NCBI GenBank assembly: GCA_951406725.2
Contig: OX597836.1
Coordinates: forward strand, 37,882,001 to 37,946,000
DNA length: 64,000 nucleotides
Source of the DNA: Octopus vulgaris
Lineage: Eukaryota
Direction: 5' to 3'
Program-made: the position numbers and the translations under genes
Notes under the pieces: model-generated
Told to the model about the DNA's origin: nothing
The model's input: only the letters and a program-made list of their open reading frames with translations
The model's database searches: none
In this document: piece by piece, positions 50,911 to 63,826 of the stretch
How positions within the stretch are numbered: position 1 is the first letter of the stretch
Layout: the number at the start of each line of letters is the position of its first letter

Positions 50911-51212
50911 GGATCTTTTCGGTTTGAACAGCAGTTTTTAAAATAATTTCCACGTAAATAAACACTTTTAAACTTTGTATACTGGTAGAATGTGTTTATA
51001 AAACATCTTTTTCTCTTGGCTTTATTGAGAAAATTCTATAGTTTGTAAGATATTTGTTGTTTTTTTTCTTCAATTTTTGCAATTTCAACCAATCAGTGAC
51101 GTCCATTGAGGTGAAAACATTCTGTGTCGTGTCAATATGTCCCTCGTTTAAGAAACAGATTGGGTTTATTTACATTTATGAAGAAAAAAAGATACTCTTC
51201 CCCCCACCCCCT
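50911..51212. mobile_element. MITE M1, truncated (one TIR)
   Basis: Left TIR and body present; stops after CCCCCCACCCC. Confidence 0.9.
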
Positions 51213-51449
51213 GCAGCAACAAATAACTGCCGCAACAAATAAAAATATAAACAAATTCAACTAAAAATTCTTCAAGGTGGTACTTCAGCATTGCCGCAGT
51301 CTAATAACTACAGCAACAAATAAAAATATAAAAATTCTGCCATCAATACAAAAAATAACCAGAAAATATAGCTGTGAGGATTTTGTCTGAGAGGTTTTTG
51401 TCCACAGGGCTTTTGTTCTAAGGGGCTTTATCCTACACTCATCATTATT

Positions 51450-51693
51450 ATCATCATCATTTAATGTCCACTTTCCATGCTAGCATGGGTTGGACGATTT
51501 GACTGAGGACTGGCAAACCAGATGGATGCACCAGGCTCTAATCTTATCTGGCAGAGTTTCTACAGCTGGATGCCCTTCCTAACGCCAACCACTCCGAGTG
51601 TGTAATGGGTGCTTTTACGTGCCACTGGCACGAGGGCCAGTATGGCAGTACTGGCAACGGCCACACTCAAATGGTGTTTTTTACATGCCACCT

Positions 51694-51695
<2 letters not shown>
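51450..51695 (-). mobile_element. SINE family D 3' part with (GAT)n tail
   Basis: Reverse complement of 57338-57674. Confidence 0.8.
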
Positions 51696-51732
<37 letters not shown>

Positions 51733-54409
51733 GCTTCTTTCAGTTTCCGTCTACCTAATCCACTCACAAGGCCTTGGTCAGCCCAAGGCTATAGTAGAAG
51801 TCACTTGCTCAAGGTGCCATGCAGTGGAACTGAACTTGGAACTGAGTGGTTGGGAAGTAAGCTTCTTACCATGCCTACACCTATTACAAATTATTAATGA
51901 ATATCTTTTACAATCTACTTGTTTCAGTCGTTAGATGGTAGCCATGCTGGAGCACCGCAACACTTATTTTTAAAGCCAGGTACACATCCTATCAGTTTCA
52001 CTTCCAAAACTCGGCAGTTCAGAAAAAGTAAGGACCCATTAGATATTCAAGTCCTAGATACATTATATTTATTTTTAATGAGTTTCAGTCATTAGACAAT
52101 AGTCTTGCTGGGCAATGCCTTGAAAAATTTTAGTCAAACGAATCGACTCCAGTATTTAATTTTTTTAGTGCCTGGTACCTATTCTATCGGGCTCCTTTTG
52201 CCGAACTGCTACACTACGGGGATGTAAACACACTAACATCAGCTGTCATGTGATGGTGAGGACAAACACAAAGATACACACACACATACATATATATACA
52301 CGACGAGCTTCTTTCAGTTTCCGTCTACTAATCCACTCACAAGGGCTTTGGTTGACTCGCTACTATAGTAAAAGACAGTTGCCCAAGATGGCATGCACTG
52401 AGACTGAACCAGGAACCATATGGCTGGGAAGCAAATTTCTGATACCCCTGTGCCTTGGGTCAAAAAAAAAAACAAAAAAAAAAAACAAGAAAAAAAAATG
52501 GGTATTGATGGTATGTCTCTGATCATAGACTTAGTATATTAGGGCTGACTTCAAGGTTCCAAAACAACAGGAACATAGCAAGTACGATCTCACAGAGTGT
52601 AGGGTGAAGCGGAGTGCTTGACCTGTTAAAAATAACAGCCAAATCCCAAATTCACCCCATTCTCTTGAGACAGGTGGAACACATTAGATAATGTAGTTGT
52701 AGACAATATCGGCAAGTGGTAGAGTGGTCTGAGTAGTACAGTGTGTCATGATTAGAACACCTTCGTTCATAATTAGGTCTATTTACTTTGTGCTAATCTA
52801 GAATTAAACACAAGCAAGAACAGTTGCAGCAACAGCAGCAGCAGCAGCAGAGCTGTAACATTACAAATACACACCAAGTATGTGCCACATAAAACTAAGT
52901 GTTCATCTCAGTAAGGAACAAACTATATTTACCCAGTCTTATTACAATTCAAGATATGTTCAACTCTTACACTTCGTCTCTTTGTATGTGTGCCAGCATA
53001 TGTGTGTGGACGAGTGTGTGAGAGAAAATGAAGAGAAGAATGAAAGAGAGAGAGTGAGAGAGGAAAAGAGAGTGGAGGAGAGAATGCATAACATTAATTG
53101 TAAGCTTCTAAATAGATGTAAGTGCAAAATAGCTTTTGATTTCCGATCCCATTTCCTTTTAAGTTCTAGTGAATTTGGATATTGTCAAGAACTTAAACAA
53201 TGGCCTTCACCGACGGTATTTAAACAGTCATCACCCATATATACACACACTCATACACACGCACACACACAAACATACACATACACACGCATGAATGAAC
53301 ATCATCGTTTAATGTCTGTTTTCCATGGTAGTATAGGTTGGACAGTTTGACAAATATGTACATACATATGTATGTATGTATGTATGTATGTATATGTGTG
53401 TGTGTGTGTGTATACACACATGTATATATGTGTGTATATATACACATGTATATTTATTTATATGTATATACATGTGTGGATATAATTATACAATATATAT
53501 ATATTTATATATGTATATATAAATATAAGTTCAGCAAAATTTAGATTCAGATGAATATGGTACTTAAGTCAAAGGCACCAGAATTTTGTATGGTATTATC
53601 CATATAAATCCACGGGGTGATTACAATCAAAATAAGCAACATATATACTTGTTGCTTATTTTGATTATATATACACATTTACATGTAAATATCTTTTATC
53701 AACCTATGCCTTTAGAGTTTAGTCAGCGAAATCAACCCCAATATAAATACTTCTGTCCAGACCCAATTGCCAAACCATTTAGTTACAGTGACATTAATAA
53801 AACAACATGAATTGTCAAGCAATATGTGAGGTACAAACTCAAATATACACATACATACATATGTGTGTATGTATACACACGCAAAAGGCTTCTGCATGAT
53901 TTCTATCTACAATATTTACACACAAGGCATTAGTCAGACCAGGGCTATTAGTAGAAGACATATTCCCTAGGGACTAAACTCAAGACCGTGTGAATGCCTT
54001 GCCTGAACAAACTTACCAATATACTCACTATTCATCCAAGGCTCCGATCACATACCATACACAATTCAGGTTCAACATACATAAATTCAATGCAACCCAA
54101 TTTGTCCCCCCCCCCCCCGACAGACACTGCTCTATTTAATGTTATATCAAAACAAGTCTAAAAAGGAAAAAAATAAATACCATCACATTCAAATAAAATC
54201 TGAACGAATTTCAAGGGATACCAGAAAACCTCCTGTACTTTGACACATCTCAATCAACAACTCCCTACTTGAATAGGCCATGATACCACAAAACTTGACA
54301 TCAAAATGATTTTAATCATGGCCTGGGCCAATCTTTGGCCAAAATATAAATATGTCTAATACATATATATATATATATAATAGTAGAAGACTCTTGCCCG
54401 AGGTCCCAC

Positions 54410-54462
54410 AGCGTGGCACCTCGGGCAGTGGGGATTTGGTAGACGGAAACTGAAAGAAGCCC

Positions 54463-54518
<56 letters not shown>

Positions 54519-54732
54519 GTGTGTATATGTTTGTGTGTCTGTGTTTGTACCCCCAACATCGCTTGACAACTAATGCTGGTGTGTTTACGTCCCCGTAACT
54601 TGGCGGTTCAGCAAAAGAGGCCGATAGAATAAGTACTAGTCTTACAAAGAATAAGTCCTAGGGTCGATTTGCTCGACTAAAGGTGGTGCTCCAGCATGGC
54701 CACAGTCAAATGACTGAAACAAGTAAAAGAGT
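54410..54732 (+). mobile_element. SINE family B, 5'-truncated
   Basis: Matches the family B consensus from GCGTGGCACC to GAAACAAGTAAAAGAG. Confidence 0.88.
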
Positions 54733-54977
54733 ATTATTATTATAGGTTTTTATAGTATATTTATTTTTCTATATGGTGTGAATAATGTCTTTCACTATTG
54801 AATTGCTTAATAGAGGTTTTTCTCTCTATTATATACATATATTATATATTGTGAAATTTGATTTACAATTGCTAAATTGAATTTTTCCCTGTAAGTTTGG
54901 AATTATATTCCCTATTATTATATTATTATTATATATATATATTATATATAACATATAGCAATAGAAATTTGGATAAT

Positions 54978-55101
54978 ATCTTACATCTGTTTCAGCCAAG
55001 AGGCAAAAATACCTCATTCTACCTTTATCCCACCAGTGGACTGAAGTATTTAGTAGATGAAATTGAGGTACTTGGCTGTTTCTCTAGGTTTCATCAGAGA
55101 T
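54978..55101 (-). ncRNA. Inverted copy of the 55259-55382 hammerhead motif
   Basis: Minus strand ATCT-CTGATGA-AACC...GGCT-GAAAC-AGAT-GTA-AGAT; one mismatch in stem II and one in the stem III palindrome. Confidence 0.7.
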
Positions 55102-55258
55102 TTTAGAAAGTACATAAGGTCGTTATAAGTATATATACACAAACACACACATATACATACTTTTACATATACATACATATACATAAATATACATAGATGT
55201 ATATGTAAAAGTATGTATATATTTGTGTATTTATATTTGACTTTTATGACTTTTTAAA

Positions 55259-55382
55259 ATCTCTGACGAAGCCTAGAGAAACACCCAAGTACCTCAATTT
55301 CATCTACTAATTACTTCAGTCCACTGGGGGGATAAAGGTAGAATGAGGTATTTTTGCATCTTGGCTGAAACAGCTGTAAGAT
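55259..55382 (+). ncRNA. Type I hammerhead ribozyme motif with a ~90-nt stem II insert
   Basis: ATCT-CTGACGA-AGCC...GGCT-GAAAC-AGCT-GTA-AGAT: intact core, palindromic ACAGCTGT stem III, predicted cleavage after 55378. Confidence 0.8.
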
Positions 55383-56282
55383 ATTTTCCCTATTTCTATT
55401 CCTGTATGTTATATATTTTATTAATTACTGATATTTTTATATTTTATATATTACATATGTAAAGTATAATATGTTATACATGTATGTATATTGTTATAAT
55501 TGTCCTTTTAGTAAATAAATAAATTGACATAATATAATGTCTAAAAGTTGATGAATACCACCTATTGATCCCCTCCAGTTTCTTATTACTATATATGTAT
55601 ATATATATATATAGTCTTATAATCTTATTATACAGTCTTATAAAATTTACTGCATTAACATATATATCTGATAAATATCATTTTTATTACATAACATCAT
55701 TTATACTTTACTTAATACAGTATATTAACATTTTATGTATGTAGGCTTTGCTACATGGTTAAGTGCTTCTCTTCATAATCATGAGGTTCTAAGTCCAGTC
55801 CTACTCATAGCCTTGAGAGCATTGTGTTCAGGGGGATGCTTGCACCCCTTAAAATTTGGAGGCATAGAGGTAACGAAAATGCTTTGACCATCCTGGGTTG
55901 GTCCTGGGTTTGCATGCCCTAAGCAAATTTCATTCCTGTATTTATTTGCTGCTACTGCTCAATAATAGTTATCAGTGCAGATATCTTCTACTGGATCATT
56001 CATTTAACCTAAAGTATCTGACCGAATTTGGTTATACAGAAATTCTGTGGAAGCTTATTTGATGGGCTATACTTTGAATTTAAAGAGCCAAGTTTGTTAT
56101 ACACTACATCACACCGACTCTGCCAGAGAATTAGATTAAAGATAGAAGTATACGTGGAATACTCAGCCATTTAATCTGTAATTTGACTGTCCAACTATTT
56201 CATACAGTATCACACCCTGCTCAGTCTAGCCTGGGCCTTGTGCTAAGGGTACATAAGTTTGTTTAAGGTTCAGTTATTTTAT

Positions 56283-56344
56283 ACACCCCCAGGCCAGACT
56301 GAGCAGAGTGTGGCAACACTCTGCTCAGTCTGGCCTGGGGGTGT
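56283..56344. repeat. Perfect 29-bp hairpin with a 4-nt loop
   Basis: ACACCCCCAGGCCAGACTGAGCAGAGTGT GGCA ACACTCTGCTCAGTCTGGCCTGGGGGTGT. Confidence 0.95.
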
Positions 56345-57337
56345 GCTGAGAGTACTTGTGTTTGTTGAATGTCGAAGGTTTGACTATTTGACACACAGTA
56401 CCACACTCTGTTAAGTCTGAGGGTCCATCTGTCTGTAGAAAACTAAACTACTTACCATTTAGGACATTGAGTAGATAGCTCAGCTGATTGAACAAATGAG
56501 TTATGCACTAAAATCAGTGGGGAGTTCATTTATTTAACCACTAAGTGTAGAAATGCATATCCGATTTGTTACACAACCATTTCAGGAAAAAAAGTTTCTC
56601 CTTTTTCTTTTTGTTTTTTATCCTTTAAATAGACATATAAGTAACTCATATAAACATAGATATTTTGCTTAGTATTATAGTTTGAGGAGGAATGCAGAAG
56701 CTTTATTTTATATATGTGTTATGTTTCTGTTTCTTAATCCTGGTACTTTAAATATTTGATAACTTTTCATTTGACAGGTCTCAATTTATAAATTCTTGAT
56801 ATTTTGGGGTCTTTTACTTTTTGAGTTAAAAAGTAAAAAAAAAACGAAAATGATCTATTTATGTCATGAAATAACATATACTGAGGCTAGAGTATGTCTG
56901 GAACATTGCTTTGTTAAAACAGAATAAGACATTTAAATAAACAGCCACATAAATATTTTCTTTACAGTATTAAACATTTGTAGCATAGTGCTGAAATCAG
57001 CAGCTGGCTAAGCCATTTTGATGGCCAAGACCTAAAATCTAATATTATTAGAATTTATGTAGTTACATTTCGTTTATTGTAAGCAGCTAAAACAGTCTGT
57101 GACAAATGTTTCAATAACCTTCAATGCAAGAAGATAAACTGTGATCAGTGGTGTTCCTAACAAAGGGTGACAACTTCAACTGTTCCCTTTTTATGATATG
57201 GGCTTTCTGTTTACTGTGTACTGTGGCCAATATTCATGTAATTTCATTATTGATAGACTGCACTGCAATACACTCAGCTCTTGTCTCTTGGGGGCTTTTT
57301 TGTGTATTCAATTCAACTGCTGGAAATAGCAACCATA

Positions 57338-57674
57338 ACGTGGCCGTTGCCAGCGCCACCCCGACAGGCCTCCGTGCCGATGACATGTAAAAAGCACCAT
57401 CTGATCATGGCCATTGCCAGCCTCGCCTGGCCCCCATACCGGTGGCATGTAAAAAGCACCATCCGATTGTGGCCGTTTGCCAGCCTCGTCTGGCATGTAA
57501 AAAGCACCCACTACACTCACGGAGTGGTTGGCATTAGGAAGGGCATCCAGCTGTAGAAACATTGCCAGATCAGACTGGACTTGGTGCAGCCTTCTGTCTT
57601 CCCAGACCCCAGTTGAACCGTCCAACCCATGCTAGCATGGAAAGCGGATGCTAAATGATGATGATGATGATGAT
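57338..57674 (+). mobile_element. SINE family D 3' part with internal ~60-bp subrepeats and (GAT)n tail
   Basis: Three TGGCC.TTGCCAGC...CATGTAAAAAGCACC units, then GGTTGGCATTAGGAAGGGCATCCAGCTG and CCATGCTAGCATGG, ending in GAT repeats. Confidence 0.8.
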
Positions 57675-58960
57675 TTGCTTCAAACTATAAATGGAAGGAC
57701 GTACTGGAAAATGAAGTCCTAGAATGCCTTGTCTAAAAACAGATGGAACAATTATAGCTAAGACACTTTCATCATAGGTCTGCTTGTTTAGAGCTGACCT
57801 GAGGTTAAACAACATCAAGCTTCTTAGTTTTAATTTGTGTGCCCCTGGAATTAGTGGATATTCCTTAAGACGTTGTCCTGCCATATTTCACCTAGTACCT
57901 AGGAAACAAAAATACTCAAGAAACTGTAATTCAATTTTGGTTTCAAATTTTGGCACAAGGCCAACGAATTCAATGGTGAGGATAAGTCGATTACATTGAT
58001 TACTCAACTGGTACTTATTTTTATCAGCCCCAAAAGGATGAAAGGCAAAGTCGACCTCATCGGAATTTGAAGTTAGGGTGTAAAGACAGATGAAATGCCA
58101 CTCAGCATTTCGCCTGGCATGCTAACGATTCTGCCAGCTCATCACCTTAACATATAATACCATATTAAAAAGTTTCAATCATGAATTCCTTTAAACACTG
58201 CTCAGCCTCACTAATAGCCAGCTGCATACTCTTTCACAAGGGAACTGCTACGTGGCTGCTTCGCTGGGAAAAATCAGCAGCCATTTTGGAGTTAAATAAC
58301 ATGTTATAATTACATCATTCTTATGGCTTGGATGGATGAACCAATGATAGGGCTGTTATGTGGTCATTCTGCTTGCTAGAAATTGCAGTCAGATCTTCAA
58401 TTTATATCTTATTGCCTTAAAGAAAGGACACTAGTTACTGTCATCTTATATAAACAAGATTGTAAGAAAGATGGGATGGTCATGGGTGGAGTACTTTTGG
58501 CTACAAATTGGATCTTTTCAGTCACTGTCAAAGATACAGAAATTTTAAAATTTTGTTCCAATTGTTTTCAGATTTGGTCATACTGGTTTAGTTTTGAATG
58601 CTAATTATGAAAATGAAATACATTTTTGCCATAGGTTAATAAATAAAAAAATTAATAAGCTTTTAAAGTTTGTAAATACTAGGTAATTATAGCCAATCAA
58701 TATAAGCATTGGTGTGTTTCCATAGTAAAAGCAATGCTGTATTCACTGTTTTCACTATAACAAGGATGCTGTACTTAGCATGACTGTGACACTTTCATCA
58801 CTGCAACCACTACCACAAGTTTTGACAAGCGATATCATCTTGTGTCTGTTGTTATATCTATCATTTTGTGATAGCTATCCTGCAGAAAGTGCCCAGCTTC
58901 CAATACCTGTTCTTTGATTGGACTTAAAATGATCAAACTTTGAACCTCAGTAACAGTTTT

Positions 58961-59364
58961 GGATCTTTTCGGTTTGAACGGCAGTTTTTTAAAATAATTT
59001 CCATGTAACTAAACACTTTTAAACTTCGTATACTGGTAGAATGTGTTAATAAAACATCTTTTTCTCTTGGCTTTCTTGAGAAAATTCTATAGTTTGTAAG
59101 ATATTTGTTGTTGTTTTTCTTCAATTTCTGCAATTTCAACCAATCAATGACGTCCATTGAGGTGAAAACATTCTGTGCCGTATGAATATGTCCCTCGTTT
59201 AAGAAACAGATTGGGTTTATTTACATTTCTGAAAAAAAAAAATGATACCCTTCCCCCTAACCCTAAAACATTGAAATGCAATAGATCGATACTAGGGTCA
59301 TAATTATGGGTGACAATTTCATATGACACCGCTAGAAAAACTGCCATTCAAACCGAAAAGATCC
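58961..59364. mobile_element. MITE M1
   Basis: Both TIRs; perfect 8-bp TSD ACAGTTTT. Confidence 0.95.
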
Positions 59365-59852
59365 ACAGTTTTCTCAATTTTTTAGGGAATAAATAAATCT
59401 CGAATTCAGATTCAGGATAAAAAATAACATCAATATACCAAATTGAAGATTTTCATTTAATTTTATAATGTTCAAATCTGTGACAGCAACCGCAAAGATC
59501 CCACAAATTTGCTTGGTCTAGACCAGCTAGTGGCTAAACAACAACAGCAGTATAAGTTGTGACTGTGGTTAAACAAATAATACTGGGGACATCTACATCG
59601 TTGCTAACCTACGAAAAACAGAAACCTAATCTCACTCAGATTATACCCTCATGCATCGGTCTTCAAAAGTGACACATTTGTTGGATGTTGCAATCTTAGA
59701 CATGCATTATATCTGGAGATGGGTTAGGTAATCGTAATTGAGACGTTTTTGACCATATTGTAACTGAGGGCTGACGTAGGAACTAGAATCTAGACATCAG
59801 TTTGATAGTAAATATAAGAACTTTTCGAGGAGACTATATGAATGGTGACAAC

Positions 59853-60269
59853 GGATCTTTTCGGTTTGAACGGCAGTTTTTTCTAGCGGTGTCATATGAA
59901 ATTGTCACCCATAATTATGACCCTAGTATCGATCTATTGCATTTCAATCTGTTTTAGGGTTAGGGGTGGGGGGAAGGGTATCTTTTTTTCTTCACAAATG
60001 TAAATAAACCCAATCTGTTTCTTAAACGAGGGGCATATTCATACGGCACAGAATGTTTGTTTTTTTACCTAAATAGACGTCATTGATTGGTTGAAATTGC
60101 AGAAATTGAAGAAATTAAAGACCAAATATCTTACAAACTATAGAATTTTTTCAATAAATTCAAGAGAAAAATATGTTTTATAAACACATTCTACCAGTAT
60201 ACGAAGTTTAAGAGTGTTTAGTTACGTGGAAATTATGTTAAAAAACTGCCGTTCAAACCGAAAAGATCC
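59853..60269. mobile_element. MITE M1, opposite orientation to the 58961 copy
   Basis: Both TIRs; perfect 8-bp TSD GTGACAAC. Confidence 0.95.
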
Positions 60270-61538
60270 GTGACAACATCTACATTGACGGTTGATTGGT
60301 TCGTGGAACCAATGTGTGTGTTTCTATTTTCGTCGGTGGCATGCTGACTTCTATCTAAGTTGATGACATGCTGACTTAGGGGACAACTGTGTAATAGTGT
60401 ATGCTGACGGGAATTCAGTCTTTGGAGATCCTAAGCAGGTTTAAACGGTTACAAAAATAAATAAATAAAATATTTAGGGAATAGCAGAGCCATTCCGACA
60501 TATTCATCAACAAAAATGTACAATGTAATACGAGATAAAGCGGGAGAAAGATAAAGAGGGAGAGAGAGAGAGAGAGAGAGTGGGATAACAACTGTCAGGC
60601 GGACAGACAGACAGACAGGCTAACGAACAAACTCAGACGGAAGTTGTAACCTGAGTCGATAAGCAGATGTAAAATCAAGTGAAATGTTTCACAAAAGTTA
60701 AGGTCAGCACATTCCATAGAGCTGTAAAAACTATGGAAATGTCTTATGTTGCAGTGAAATACTCAAGAAGTAGTGGGAGAGAAGAAGAGTGGGGAAAGGA
60801 GAAAGGTGGAGGGGGCAGAGAGTGAGAGAGAAAAAGAGCTATCGTAAACACAAGTGGTGACACTTGCAGACGAGGCGGACTAGTGTGACTTGTTAGTACT
60901 CTTAGTAGTCACCCCCCTCTCTCTCTCTTTCTCACCATACATATACGTGTGTGTGTGTGCGTGCGTTTCACTGTGAGAGGGTGGAGTAAAACATTTTGCT
61001 GAAATGTAAAAAAATATAAGATAAGAAACTTGAAAATAGAATTTCTTTAACGTGGCTTAGTCCCACTGATTTGCAAACTAAAAGCAGCCCCTTCCCCCAC
61101 CCCCCCCAAAATTAGTAAAATTTTTCCACCCCCTCCCTCCAAACAACTATTAGTGAAATTTTGTATCCCCCTCCAACTTCACTGAGTTTAAAATTTAAAA
61201 AAATAAAATGTTTCCTTCTCGAGCCATGCCAGGTTCATAAGGGCCAGTTTCTCTGTTTCAGGGTTACTCATGTTTGCCATCTGAGTTAACTGGAGCAACA
61301 TGAAATGAAGTGTTTTGCTTAAGAACACAATGCATCGCCCCGGTCTTAACTGAGTTTACATCCACATAATTCTTTCTTTACCATGGTTGCTGGAGAAGTA
61401 AATTTTTTTTTAACCAGCTTAATGTTATAAAACAGACAATATGTCCGCCATTTTTTAAATATCTTCACACCCAGGGGCCTGTACAGCTTATGAGAATCAA
61501 TGGCTTAGTTAAAAGGAAGGAAAGAGTGCAGATGTCTC

Positions 61539-61943
61539 GGATCTTTTCGGTTTGAACGGCAGTTTTTTCTAGCGGTGTCATATGAAATTGTCACCCATAA
61601 TTATGACCTTAGTATCGATCTATTGCATTTCAATCTGTTTTAGGGTTACGGTTAGGGGTGGGGGAAGGGTATCTTTTTTCTTCACAAATGTAAATAAACC
61701 CAATCTGTTTCTTAAATGAGGGACATTTTCATACGGCACAGAATGTTTTCACCTCAATAGACGTCATTGATTGGTTGAAATTGAAGAAAAAACAACAACA
61801 AATAGCTTACAAACTATAGAATTTTCTCAATAAAGCCAAGAGAAAAAGATATTTTATAAACACATTCTACCAGTATAAAAGTTTTAAATTTTTTAGTTAC
61901 GTGGAAATTATTTTAAAAAACTGCCGTTCAAACCGAAAGATCC
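61539..61943. mobile_element. MITE M1 without TSD
   Basis: Both TIRs; flanks GATGTCTC and ACGGAATA differ. Confidence 0.92.
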
Positions 61944-62345
61944 ACGGAATATGTTATGCTCAAACCGGAGACCTAGTCGAAATTCTTGCAAAAGACTTTA
62001 AAGTTTAGTGCTGGTATTAAACCGGGAAACATAGTAATCCAAAAATAAAAACAGTTCTCTCTGTTTCCGTCTGTCAGTAATTCACTTGTAAACTTCAACA
62101 CGAAGCTATCCGTGTCAATACTGACTGAATTATTATTATTATTAAGGCCACGAGCTGGACGAAATGCTTTGTAGTATTTCGCCAGTCGCTACGTTCTGAG
62201 TTCAAATTCTGCCGTGGTCGATTTTTGCTTTTCATCCTTTTGGGGTCGATAAAATAAGTACTAGTTGTGCACAGGAGCCGCTGTGATCGGTTTAGTCCCT
62301 CTCTGAAATTGCTGGCCTTGGACCAAAATTATTATTATTATTATT

Positions 62346-62810
62346 ACTTGCTGACCCTGCGCTATCAAAAATGACGGCTAATTCTAGTATTCTATTTATA
62401 AATATGGCTGGTAAATCAAGTTAATACATTTGTCAATGTTATTTCATGGTTGTCTTTTGAGATGTGACATCCATCATCGTTTGTTGCAGAATGAACGCTG
62501 GTTCACACATGCAAACATTCACACATACACACACACATTCATATAGCTCCCTTTTACACACACACACACACACACATACTCAGAGTTGAAATGTTCTCAC
62601 TATTTAGTTTGCCATCACCCCTTACTTATTCATCTACCATCCCTTTCTTTCTCATTCATATGTAGTGACGGATAAAAACACCCGAGTATTATTATAGTAG
62701 ACAAGCTGACCCCGTGCCGTCAAAAATGATGGCTAATTGTAGTATTTTATATACAAATATGGATCGTAAATCAAGTTAATACATTTGTCAATGTTATCTA
62801 GTGGTTGTCT
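62346..62810 (+). mobile_element. Helitron/HINE-like element in tandem (one full unit plus a truncated second unit)
   Basis: AC(TT/AA)GCTGACCC...TCAAAAATGA at 62346 and 62701; first unit ends TATTATAGTAG. Confidence 0.6.
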
Positions 62811-63207
62811 GGATCTTTTCGGTTTGAACGGCAGTTTTTTCTAGCGGTGTCACCCATAATTATGACCCTAGTATCGATCTATTGCATTTCTATTTGTTTT
62901 AGGGTTAGGGTGGGGGGGAAAGGTATCTTTTTTTCTTCACAAATGTAAATAAACCCAATCTGTTTCTTAAACGAGGGACATATTCATACGGCACACAATG
63001 TTTTTTACCTCAATGGACGTCATTGATTGGTTGAAATTGCAGAAATTGAAGAAAAAAACAACAAATATCTTACAAAGTATAGAATTTTCTCAATAAAGCC
63101 AAGAGAAAAGGATGTTTTATAAACACATTCTACCAGTATACGAAGTTTAAAAGTGTTTAGTTACGTGAAATTATTTTAAAAATCTGCCGTTCAAACCGAA
63201 AAGATCC
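62811..63207. mobile_element. MITE M1 without TSD
   Basis: Both TIRs; flanks GGTTGTCT and CGATATAA differ. Confidence 0.92.
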
Positions 63208-63449
63208 CGATATAATCAACTAAACCTCTGCCCCTATAATTATTGCTGGCCTTGAGTCAAAACTTGAGACCATTATTTTTATTGATGTTTTGATTTCATT
63301 AAATATTTATGATTTACGAATACCTCACTCCTAAATTCAAGTTAGGCTCTCACATCGTGTTGTCGTTTTGTAACAGGTCGGCCACGATTGTGTAAGACTT
63401 AAATCAAAGATGTTCTCGTGGTTATCAACCCATACCACAGCTTTTATCT

Positions 63450-63654
63450 TTTTACTTGATTCAGTCATTTGACTGCGGTCATGCTGGGACACCGCCCAAA
63501 AAGAATTTTAGTCGAATAAATTGTTTAAGCCTTGTGCTTATTCTACCGGTCTTTTTGCCGAACCGCTAGCTTACGGGGACGTAAATACACAACACCGGTT
63601 GTCAAGCAGTGGTGGGGGACAGACGCAGACAGACAGACACACACACACACACAC

Positions 63655-63692
<38 letters not shown>

Positions 63693-63826
63693 CAGGCTTC
63701 TTTCAGTTTCCATCTAGCAAATCTACTCACAAGGCTTTGGTCGGCCCGAGGCTATAATAGAAGATGTCATGCACTGGGACTAAACCTGATATCGTGGTTG
63801 GGAAGGAATCTTTTTAAACACAGCCA
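63450..63826 (-). mobile_element. SINE family B, diverged
   Basis: Reverse complement of the family B consensus. Confidence 0.85.

Larger units (their letters stand above)
54946..55415. mobile_element. Inverted repeat (~225-bp arms), Penelope-like terminal-repeat pair
   Basis: 54946-55174 inverts to 55197-55415; each arm holds a hammerhead motif; embedded in TA-rich sequence. Confidence 0.7.
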
